Positions 15,001 through 25,700 of a stretch of 64,000 nt of DNA are shown here, in pieces; positions within the stretch are counted from its first letter, which is position 1, and the number at the start of each line of letters is the position of its first letter. The position numbers and the translations under genes were made by a program. The stretch spans positions 16,802,001 through 16,866,000 of the forward strand of contig OZ024740.1 in the NCBI GenBank assembly GCA_964016885.1. Direction: 5' to 3'. Source of the stretch: Eledone cirrhosa (Eukaryota). The notes beneath the pieces are model-generated. The model was given only the letters and a program-made list of their open reading frames with translations, was not told the DNA's origin and did not search any database.

Positions 15001-18000
15001 ACATCAGTGTAAATATGGTGGCTTCTAGACAGAGGTTTACAGGGAGACATCAGTGTAAATATGGTGGCTTCTAGACAGAGTTTTACAGGGAGATATCAGT
15101 GTAAATATGGTGGCTTCTGGACAGAGGTTTACAAGGAGACATCAGTGCAAATATGGTGGCTTCTGGACAGAGCTTTACAGGGAGACATTAGTGTATATAT
15201 ATTGGCTTCTAGACAGAGCTTTACAGGGAGATATCAGTGTAAATATGCTGGCTTCTAGACCAAGCTTTACAGGGAGATATCATATTAAATATGGTGCCTT
15301 CTGGACAGAGGTTTACAGGGAGACATCAGTGTAAATATGGTGGCTTCTAGACGGAGGTTTACAGGGAGACATCAGTGTAAATATGGTGACTTCTGGATAA
15401 AGGTTTACAGGGAGACATCAGTGTAAATATGGTGGCATCTGGACAGAAGTTTACAAGGAGACATCAGTGTAAATATGGTGTCTTCTGGACAGAGCTTTAC
15501 AGGGAGACATTAGTGTAAATATTCTGGCTTCTAGACAGAGCTTTACAGGGAGATATCAGAGTAAATATGGTGGCTTCTGGACAAAGGTTTACAGGGAGAT
15601 ATCTGTGTAAATATGGTGGCTTCTGGACAGAGGTTTACAGGGAGACATCAGTGTAAATATGGTGGCTTCTAGACAGAGGTTTACAGGGAGACATCAGTGT
15701 AAATATGGTGTCTTCTGGACAGAGGTTTACAGGGAGATATTAGTGTAAATATGGTGTCTTCTGGACAGAGCTTTACAGGGAGATATCAGAGTAAATATGG
15801 TGGCTTCTAGACAAAGCTCTACAGGGAGACATCAGTGTAAATATGGTGGCTTCTAGACAGAGGTTTACTGGGAGACATCAGTGTAAATATGGTGGCTTCT
15901 AGACAGACATCAGTGTAAATATGGTGGCTTCTAGACAGAGCTTTACAGGGAGACATCAGTGTAAATATGGTTGCTTCTAGACAGAGGTTTACAGGGAGAC
16001 ATCAGTGTGAATATGGTGGCTTCTGGACAGAGGTTTACAGGGAGACATCAGTGTAAAAATGGTGGCTTCTGGACAAAGGTTTACAGGGAGACATCAGTGT
16101 AAATATGGTGGCTTTTGGGCAGAGGTTTACAGGGAGACATCAGTGTAAATATGGTGGCTTCTGGATAGAGGTTTACAGGGAGACATCTGTGTAAATATGG
16201 TGGCTTCTGGACAGAGGTTTACAGGGAGAGATCATTGTAAATATGGTGGCTTCTAGACAGCGGTTTACAGGGAGACATCAGTGTAAATATGGTGGCTTCT
16301 AGACAGAGCTTTACAGGGAGATATCAGAGTAAATATGGTGGCTTCTAGACAAAGTTTTAAAGGGAGACATCAGTGTAAATATGGTGGCTTCTAGACAGGT
16401 TTACTGGGAGTCATCAGTGTAAATATCGTGGCTTCTAGACAAAGCTTTACAGGGAGACATCAGTGTAAATATGGTGGCTTCTAGACAGAGCTTTACAGGG
16501 AAACATCAGTGTAAATATGTTGGCTTCTAGACAGAGCTTTACAGGGAGACATCAGTGTAAATATGGTGGCTTCTAGACAGAGCTTTACAGGGAGACATCA
16601 GTGTAAATATGGTGGCTTCTAGACAAAGTTTACAGGGAGACATCAGCGTAAATATGGTGGCTTCTAGACAAAGCTTTACAGGGAGACATCAGTGTAAATA
16701 TGGTGGCTTCTTGACAGAGCTTTACAGGGAGACATCAGTGTAAATATGGTGGCTTCTGGACAGAGGTTTACAGGTAGACATCAGTGTAAATATGGTGGCT
16801 TCTGGACAGAGGTTTACAGGGAGACATTAGTGTCAATATGGTGTCTTCTGGACAGAGGTTTACAGGGAGATATTAGTGTAAATATGGTGTCTTCTGGACA
16901 GAGCTTTACAGGGAGATATCAGAGTAAATATGGTGGCTTCTAGACAAAGCTCTACAGGGAGACATCAGTGTAAATATGGTGGCTTCTAGACAGAGGTTTA
17001 CTGGGAGACATCAGTGTAAATATGGTGGCTTCTAGACAGACATCAGTGTAAATATGGTGGCTTCTAGACAGAGCTTTACAGGGAGACATCAGTGTAAATA
17101 TGGTTGCTTCTAGACAGAGGTTTACAGGGAGACATCAGTGTGAATATGGTGGCTTCTGGACAGAGGTTTACAGGGAGACATCAGTGTAAAAATGGTGGCT
17201 TCTGGACAAAGGTTTACAGGGAGACATCAGTGTAAATATGGTGGCTTTTGGACAGAGGTTTACAGGGAGACATCAGTGTAAATATGGTGGCTTCTAGACA
17301 GAGGTTTACAGGGAGACATCAGTGTAAAAATGGTGGCTTCTGGACAAAGGTTTACAGGGAGACATCAGTGTAAATATGGTGGCTTTTGGACAGAGGTTTA
17401 CAGGGAGACATCAGTGTAAATATGGTGGCTTCTGGATAGAGGTTTACAGGGAGACATCTGTGTAAATATGGTGGCTTCTGGACAGAGGTTTACAGGGAGA
17501 GATCATTGTAAATATGGTGGCTTCTAGACAGCGGTTTACAGGGAGACATCAGTGTAAATATGGTGGCTTCTAGACAGAGCTTTACAGGGAGATATCAGAG
17601 TAAATATGGTGGCTTCTAGACAAAGTTTTAAAGGGAGACATCAGTGTAAATATGGTGGCTTCTAGACAGGTTTACTGGGAGTCATCAGTGTAAATATCGT
17701 GGCTTCTAGACAAAGCTTTACAGGGAGACATCAGTGTAAATATGGTGGCTTCTAGACAGAGCTTTACAGGGAAACATCAGTGTAAATATGTTGGCTTCTA
17801 GACAGAGCTTTACAGGGAGACATCAGTGTAAATATGGTGGCTTCTAGACAGAGCTTTACAGGGAGACATCAGTGTAAATATGGTGGCTTCTAGACAAAGT
17901 TTACAGGGAGACATCAGCGTAAATATGGTGGCTTCTAGACAAAGCTTTACAGGGAGACATCAGTGTAAATATGGTGGCTTCTTGACAGAGCTTTACAGGG

Positions 18001-18545
18001 AGACATCAGTGTAAATATGGTGGCTTCTGGACAGAGGTTTACAGGTAGACATCAGTGTAAATATGGTGGCTTCTGGACAGAGGTTTACAGGGAGACATTA
18101 GTGTCAATATGGTGGCTTCTGGACAGAGGTTTATAGGAAGATATTAGTGTTAATATGGTGGCTTCTGGACAGAGGTTTACAGGGAGACATCAGTGTAAAT
18201 ATGGTGTCTTCTGGACAGAGCTTTACAGGGAGACATTAGTGTAAATATGGTGGCTTCTAGACAGAGCTTTACAGGGAGATATCAGAGTAAATATGGTGGC
18301 TTCTGGACAGAGGTTTACAGGGAGATATCAGTGTAAATATGGTGGCTTCTGGACAGAGCTTTACAGGGAGATATCAGTGTAAATATGGTGGCTTCTGGAC
18401 AGAGGTTTACAAGGAGACATCAGTGTAAATATGGTGGCTTCTGGACAGAGCTTTACAGGGAGACATTAGTGTAAATATGGTGGATTCTAGACAGAGCTTT
18501 ACAGGGAGATATCAGAGTAAATATAGTGGCTTCTGGACAGAGGTT
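1..18545. repeat. 46-bp tandem satellite array, left arm (continues beyond window start)
   Basis: Continuous head-to-tail copies of ACAGGGAGACATCAGTGTAAATATGGTGGCTTCTRGACAGAGSTTT (46 nt by count; adjacent track ORF starts 13542 and 13588 differ by 46). Main variable sites are TCTAGA/TCTGGA, GAGGTTT/GAGCTTT, GAGAC/GAGAT and CAGTG/CAGAG. There are no unique spacers. Confidence 0.98.
18542..18545 (+). other. Left target-site duplication GGTT
   Basis: Repeated at 19711-19714. Removing the insert plus one GGTT restores a normal monomer GACAGAGGTTTACAGGG. Confidence 0.85.
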
Positions 18546-18942
18546 TATAACGGGTTTTAGGGTCAATTCTTGGTATACATAATAGAAATCAGAAGGCATT
18601 TAGAACATTGACTAAATCCATTATCGATTTTGTAACTCTATTTATTAGTCGTACATGTTGAACGGATACATTAGGTACAGGTCGTATCTACATGAGTAGG
18701 ATGTAGTTTGGTCCGCTTCATTGCAAGATGGAGATGTTGTTAGCAGCGATGAGTGTAGCCTGGTCTTGTCGATAAGAGAGGTGCGTGTAGACTAATGTCT
18801 CTCTTGGTTACCTCCGCTCACCTGGTAGTTCTGGACAGTCCAATTAGTGCACCGAAGGTTTCGATTGGCTCACACTTCAGCCAACTTACCTCCGTAATAC
18901 CATTCCGCCGCAGAAGGAAAATACATTTCATTCACTGCTACA
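18546..18942 (-). repeat. 3' LTR (397 bp) of the Gypsy-type element
   Basis: Begins TGTAGC (minus strand) immediately after the PPT and ends ...CCCGTTATA against the target-site duplication. Its first 28 nt are identical to 19683-19710, and it contains AATAAA. Confidence 0.85.
18641..18646 (-). promoter_or_regulatory. Putative LTR polyadenylation signal AATAAA
   Basis: Plus-strand TTTATT lies ~95 nt from the LTR 3' end, in the element's sense orientation. Confidence 0.5.
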
Positions 18943-18951
18943 TCACCCCCT
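18943..18951 (-). other. Polypurine tract (plus-strand cDNA primer site)
   Basis: Plus-strand TCACCCCCT, i.e. minus-strand AGGGGGTGA, directly abuts the TG that starts the 3' LTR. Confidence 0.8.
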
Positions 18952-19164
18952 GCTTAGGCTTACAGCCGACAGAGAAATAAGGGTAGCAGTTGAATGAAAG
19001 AAAAAGTACTATATAATAGTAAACACAATAAAATATATCACTGATAAAGAAATGTTCATATTACAGGAAAGTCAGAAATAGTGTAATGTTCACCTTAGTT
19101 CATACATTTAATACAAATACAAGGGCGGAGCAAACTCCAAGAAGATTGCTGTAAATAACATAGT

Positions 19165-19683
19165 TCATATATAAAGAGTCTTGCAAAGCTTCTTGGGCCA
19201 ATGTACTCGCCGACCGCTACGTGTGGTGGTGACATATGTAGGTGTAGGTGTGTGCGATGTTATATGTGTATTGTGGCTTGGCTGATGCCAGGTGTATGTG
19301 GGGGAAAAATTGGGCTCTTGTGTGAGAGTGTCTGTATAGGCCCGTTTTACCCTGTCAATGGACACAGTCTCTTTTTTACCCCCAATGTCTAGGGTGAATA
19401 GCTTATCTGTGCGCTCAAGCACGCGATAGGGACCGGTATAAGGTGGCATGAGAGGAGCTCTCACGGCGTCCTTTCGTAAAAAGACGTGGGTCCATGAAGC
19501 AATGTCTTTCGGGACCGAAGCTTTGATTGTCTGTTGGCGAGGGTGCATAGGCGGAAGATTGCTGAAATATGACTGCAGTCTGCTCACATACAGAGCTGGG
19601 TCTGTTGCTGGTAGGTCCAATGGAGCTAACATCTGACCAGGCAGAGATATAGGCACTCCGTAAACCAACTCGGCGGGGGAGTA
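19165..19683 (-). pseudogene. 5'-truncated pol fragment: C-terminal part of a Gypsy-type integrase (GPY/F region)
   Basis: The frame reads YSPAELVYGVPISLPGQ...THVFLRKDAVRAPLMPPYTGPYRVLER...TVSIDRVKRA...TTRSGRRVHWP-stop. SPAELVYG..LPG, PY.GPY.V, VS.DR.K and TRSGR are motifs I recognise from Ty3/Gypsy integrase C-termini. The track's start at 19668 is an internal TTG (Leu). The DDE core, RT and gag are absent. Confidence 0.88.
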
Positions 19684-19710
19684 GGAAAATACATTTCATT
19701 CACTGCTACA
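19683..19710 (-). repeat. 5' LTR remnant (first 28 bp only)
   Basis: Plus-strand AGGAAAATACATTTCATTCACTGCTACA is an exact direct repeat of 18915-18942. Confidence 0.9.
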
Positions 19711-19714
19711 GGTT
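19711..19714 (+). other. Right target-site duplication GGTT
   Basis: Follows the element terminus ...GCTACA and duplicates 18542-18545. Confidence 0.85.
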
Positions 19715-22700
19715 TACAGGGAGACATCAGTGTAAATATGGTGGCACCTGGACAAAGGTTTACAGGGACACATCAGTGTAAATATGGTGGCTTCTAGACA
19801 AAGTTTTACAGGGAGATATCAGAGTAAATATGGTGGCTTCTGGACAGAGGTTTACAGGGAGACATCAGTGTAAATATGGTGGCTTCTAGACTGAGGTTTA
19901 CAGGGAGACATCAGTGTAAATATGGTGGCTTCTGGATAGAGGTTTACAGGTAGACATCAGTGTAAATATGGTGGCTTCTGGACAGAGGTTTATAGGGAGA
20001 CATTAGTGTAAATATGGTGGCTTCTGGACAGAGGTTTATAGGGAGATATCAGTGTTAATATGGTGGATTCTGGACAGAGGTTTACAGGGAGACATCAGTG
20101 TAAATGTGGTGGCATCTGGACAGAGGTTTACAGGGAGACATCAGTGTAAATATGGTGTCTTCTGGACAGAGCTTTACAGGGAGACATTAGTGTAAATATG
20201 GTGGCTTCTAGACAGAGCTTTACAGGGAGATATCAGAGTAAATATGGTGGCTTCTGGACAGAGGTTTACAGGGAGACATCAGTGTAAATACGGTGGCTTC
20301 TAGACAGAGATTTACAGGGAGACATCAGTGTAAATATGGTGGCTTCTAGACAGAGGTTTACAGGGAGACATCAGTGTAAATATGGTGGCTTCTAGACAGA
20401 GTTTACAGGGAGACATCAGTGTAAATATGGTGGCTTCTAGACAGAGGTTTACAGGGAGACATCATTGTAAATATGGTGGCTTCTAGACAGAGGTTTACAG
20501 GAAGACATCAGTGTATATATGGTGGCTCCTAGACAGAGCTTTACAGGGAGACATCAGTGTAAATATGGTGGCTTCTAGACAGAGCTTTACAGGGAGACAT
20601 CAGTGTAAATATGGTGGCTTCTAGAAAGAGGTTTACAGGGAGACATCATTGTAAATATGGTGGCTTCTAGACAGAGGTTTACAGGAAGACATCAGTGTAT
20701 ATATGGTGGCTCCTAGACAGAGCTTTACAGGGAGACATCAGTGTAAATATGGTGGCTTCTAGACAGAGCTTTACAGGGAGACATCAGTGTAAATATGGTG
20801 GCTTCTAGAAAGAGCTTTACAGGGAGACATCAGTGTAAATATGGTGGTTTCTAGACAGAGCTTTACAGGCAGACATCAGTGTAAATATGGTGGCTTCTAG
20901 ACAGAGTTTACAGGGAGACATCAGTGTAAATATGGTGGCTTCTAGACAGAGGTTTACAGGGAGACACCAGTGTAAATATGGTGGCTTCTAGACAGAGCTT
21001 TAGAGGGAGACATCAGTGTAAATATGGTGGCTTCTAGACAGAGCTTTACAGGGAGACATCAGAGCAAATAGTGTGGCTTCTAGACAGAGCTTTACAGGGA
21101 GACATCAGTGTAAATATGGTGGCTTCTAGACAGAGCTTTACAGGGAGACATCAGTGTAAATATGGTGGCTTCTAGACAGAGCTTTACAGGGAGACATCAG
21201 TGTAAATATGGTGGCTTCTGGACAGAAGTTTACAGGGAGATATCAATGTAAATATGGTGGCTTCTGGACAGAGGTTTACAATGAGACATCAGAGTCAATA
21301 TGGTGGCTTCTAAACAGAGGTTTACAGGGAGCCATCAGTGTAAATATGGTTGCTTCTAGACAGAGGTTTACAGGGAGACATCAGTGTAAATATGGTGGCT
21401 TCTAGACAGAGGTGTACAGGGAGACATCAGTGTAAATATAGTGGCTTCTAGACGGAGGTTTACAGGGAGATATCAGTGTAAATATGGTGTCTTCTGGACA
21501 GAGGTTTACATGGAGATATTAGTGTAAATATGGTGTCTTCTGGACAGAGCTTTACAGGGAGATATCAGAGTAAATATGGTGGCTTCTAGACAGAGGTTTA
21601 CAGGGAGACATCAGTGTAAATATGGTGGCTCCTAGACAGAGGTTTACTGGGACACATCAGTGTAAATATGGTGGCTTCTAGACAGAGCTTTACAGGGAGA
21701 CATCAGTCTATAGATGGTTGCTTCTAGACAGAGGTTTACAGGGAGATATCAGTTTAAATATGGTGGCTTCTGGACAGAGGTTTACAGGGAGACATCAGTG
21801 TAAAAATGATGGCCTCTGGACAGAGGTTTACAGGGAGATATCAGTGTAAATATAGTGGCTTCTGGACAGAGGTTTACAGGGAGATATCAGTGTAAATATG
21901 GTGTCTTCTAGACAGAGCTTTGCAGGGAGACATCAGTGTGAATATGGTGGATTCTGGACAGAGGTTTACAGGGAGTTATCAGAGTAATTATGGTGGCTTC
22001 TAGACAGAGGTTTACAGGGAGACATCAGTGTAAATATGGTGGCATCTGGACAGAGGTTTACAGGGATACATCAGTGTAAATATGGTGGCTTCTGGACAGA
22101 GCTTTACAGAGAGACATTAGTGTAAATATGGTGGCTTCTAGACAGAGCTTTACAGGGAGTTATCAGACTAAGTATAGTGGCTTCTGGACAGAGGTTTACA
22201 GGGAGACATCAGTGTAAATATGGTGGCTTCTAGACAGAGCTTTACAGGGAGATATCAGTGTAAATATGGTGGCTTCTGGACAGAGGTTTACAAGGAGACA
22301 TCAGTGTAAATATGGTGGCTTCTGGACAGAGCTTTACAGGGAGACATTAGTGTAAATATGGTGGCTTCTAGACAGAGCTTTACAGGGAGATATCAGAGTA
22401 AATATAGTGGCTTCTGGACAGAGATTTACAGGGAGACATCAGTGTAAATATGGTGGCACCTGGACGAAGGTTTACAGGGACACATCAGTGTAAATATGGT
22501 GGCTTCTAGACAAAGTTTTACAGGGAGATATCAGAGTAAATATGGTGGCTTCTGGACAGAGGTTTACAGGGAGACATCAGTGTAAATATGGTGGCTTCTA
22601 GACTGAGGTTTACAGGGAGACATCAGTGAAAATATGGTGGCTTCTGGATAGAGGTTTACAGGTAGACATCAGTGTAAATATGGTGGCTTCTGGACAGAGG

Positions 22701-25700
22701 TTTATAGGGAGACATTAGTGTAAATATGGTGGCTTCTGGACAGAGGTTTATAGGGAGATATCAGTGTTAATATGGTGGATTCTGGACAGAGGTTTACAGG
22801 GAGACATCAGTGTAAATGTGGTGGCATCTGGACAGAGGTTTACAGGGAGACATCAGTGTAAATATGGTGTCTTCTGGACAGAGCTTTACAGGGAGACATT
22901 AGTGTAAATATGGTGGCTTCTAGACAGAGCTTTACAGGGAGATATCAGAGTAAATATGGTGGCTTCTGTACAGAGGTTTACAGGGAGACATCAGTGTAAA
23001 TATGGTGGCATCTAGACAGAGATTTACAGGGAGACATCAGTGTAAATATGGTGGCTTCTAGACAGAGGTTTACAGGGAGACATCAGTGTAAATATGGTGG
23101 CTTCTAGACAGAGTTTACAGGGAGACATCAGTGTAAATATGGTGGCTTCTAGACAGAGGTTTACAGGGAGACATCATTGTAAATATGGTGGCTTCTAGAC
23201 AGAGGTTTACAGGAAGACATCAGTGTATATATGGTGGCTTCTAGACAGAGCTTTACAGGGAGACATCAGTGTAAATATGGTGGCTTCTAGACAGAGCTTT
23301 ACAGGGAGACATCAGTGTAAATATGGTGGCTTCTAGAAAGAGCTTTACAGGGAGACATCAGTGTAAATATGGTGGTTTCTAGACAGAGCTTTACAGGGAG
23401 ACATCAGTGTAAATATGGTGGCTTCTAGACAGAGTTTACAGGGAGACATCAGTGTAAATATGGTGGCTTCTAGACAGAGGTTTACAGGGAGACATCAGTG
23501 TAAATATGGTGGCTTCTAGACAGAGCTTTAGAGGGAGACATCAGTGTAAATATGGTGGCTTCTAGACAGAGCTTTACAGGGAGACATCAGAGCAAATATG
23601 GTGGCTTCTAGACAGAGCTTTACAGGGAGACATCAGTGTAAATATGGTGGCTTCTAGACAGAGCTTTACAGGGAGACATCAGTGTAAATATGGTGGCTTA
23701 TAGACAGAGGTTTACAGGGAGACATCTGTGTAAATATGGTGGCTTCTATACAGAGCTTTACAGGGAGACATCAGTGTAAATATTGTGGCTTCTAGACAGA
23801 GCTTTACAGGGAGACATCAGTGTAACTATGGTGGCTTCTAGACAGAGCTTTACAGGGAGATATCTGTGTAAATATGGTGGCTTCTAGACAGAGCTTTACA
23901 GGGAGACATCAGTGCAAATATGGTGGCTTCTAGACAGAGCTTTACAGGGAGACATCAGTGTATATATGGTGGCTTCTAGACAGAGCTTTACAGGGAGACA
24001 TCAGTGTAAATATGGTGGCTTCTAGACAGAGATTTACAGGGAGACATCAGTGTAAATATGGTGGCTTATAGACAGAGGTTTACAGGGAGACATCTGTGTA
24101 AATATGGTGGCTTCTATACAGAGCTTTACAGGGAGACATCAGTGTAAATATGGTGGCTTCTAGACAGAGCTTTACAGGGAGACATCAGTGTAAATATGGT
24201 GGCTTCTAGACAGAGCTTTACAGGGAGATATCAGTGTAAATATGGTGGCTTCTAGACAGAGCTTTACAGGGAGACATCAGTGTAAATATGGTGGCTTCTA
24301 GACAGAGCTTTACAGGGAGACATCAGTGTAAATATGGTGGCTTCTAGACAGAGCTTTACAGGGAGACATCAGTGTAAATATGGTGGCTTCTGGATAGAGG
24401 TTTACAGGGAGACATCAGTGGAAATATGGTGGCTTCTGGACAGAGCTTAACAGGGAGACATCAGTGTAAATATGGTGGCTTCTAGACAAAGCTTTACAGG
24501 GAGACATCAGCGTAAATATGGTGGCTTCTAGACAAAGCTTTACAGGGAGACATCAGTGTAAATATGGTGGCTTCTTGACAGAACTTTACAGGGAGACATC
24601 AGTGTAAATATGGTGGCTTCTGGACAGAGATTTACAGGGAGATATCAGTGTAAATATGGTGTCTGCTAGACAGAGCTTTGCAGGGAGACATCAGTGTGAA
24701 TATGGTGGCTTCTGGACAGAGGTTTACAGGGAGTTATCAGAGTAATTATGGTGGCTTCTAGACAGAGGTTTACAGGGAGACATCAGTGTAAATATGGTGG
24801 CATCTGGACAGAGGTTTACAGGGAGACATCAGTGTAAATATGGTGGCTTCTGGACAGAGCTTTACAGAGAGACATTAGTGTAAATATGGTGGCTTCTAGA
24901 CAGAGCTTTACAGGGAGTTATCAGACTAAGTATAGTGGCTTCTGGACAGAGGTTTACAGGGAGACATCAGTGTAAATATGGTGGCTTCTAGACAGAGCTT
25001 TACAGGGAGACATCAGAGCAAATATGGTGGCTTCTAGACAGAGCTTTACAGGGAGACATCAGTGTAAATATGGTGGCTTATAGACAGAGGTTTACAGGGA
25101 GACATCTGTGTAAATATGGTGGCTTCTATACAGAGCTTTACAGGGAGACATCAGTGTAAATATGGTGGCTTCTAGACAGAGCTTTACAGGGAGATATCAG
25201 AGTAAATATGGTGGCTTCTGGACAGAGCTTTACAGCGAGACATCACTGTAAATATGGTGGCTTCTAATCAGAGGTTTACAAGGAGACATCAGTGTAAATA
25301 TAGTGGCTTCTAGACAGAGGTTTACAGGGAGACATCAGTGTAAATATGGTGGCTTCTAGACGGAGGTTTACAGGGAGATATCAGTGTAAATATGGTGTCT
25401 TCTGGACAGAGGTTTACAGGGAGATATTAGTGTAAATATGGTGTCTTCTGGACATAGGTTTATAGGGAGATATCAGTGTTAATATGGTGGCTTCTGGACA
25501 GAGGTTTACAGGGAGACATGAGCGCAAATGTGGTGGCTTCTGGACAGATGTTTACAAGGAGACATCAGTGTAAATATGGTGGCTTCTAGACAAAGTTTAC
25601 AGGGAGACATCAGCGTAAATATGGTGGCTTCTAGACAAAGCTTTACAGGGAGACATCAGCGTAAATATGGTGGCTTCTAGACAAAGCTTTACAGGGAGAC

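Larger units (their letters stand above)
18546..19710 (-). mobile_element. Internally deleted Ty3/Gypsy-type LTR retrotransposon (non-autonomous remnant)
   Basis: A non-satellite insert flanked by GGTT on both sides (18542-18545 and 19711-19714). On the minus strand it reads TGTAGCAG... (28 bp of 5' LTR), integrase C-terminal coding sequence, an AT-rich 3' UTR, the purine tract AGGGGGTGA, then an LTR again starting TGTAGCAG. Integrase as the last domain before the PPT and 3' LTR matches Gypsy rather than Copia gene order. Confidence 0.92.

Noticed and set aside
18774-18805. Short inverted repeat AAGAGAG...CTCTCTT inside the LTR
   Set aside because: A 7-bp low-complexity stem is compatible with chance, and no function can be supported.
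18795-19699. ORFs 18795..18980(+), 19201..19392(+), 19448..19636(+) and 19415..19699(-)
   Set aside because: They are antisense or alternative-frame shadows of the LTR and integrase fragment, with no recognisable motifs.
8898-21405. Short plus-strand ORFs (MVASRQSFTGR..., 60-80 aa)
   Set aside because: They are translations of satellite monomers (46 = 3n+1, so frames rotate) where variants happen to remove stops. There is no evidence of coding.
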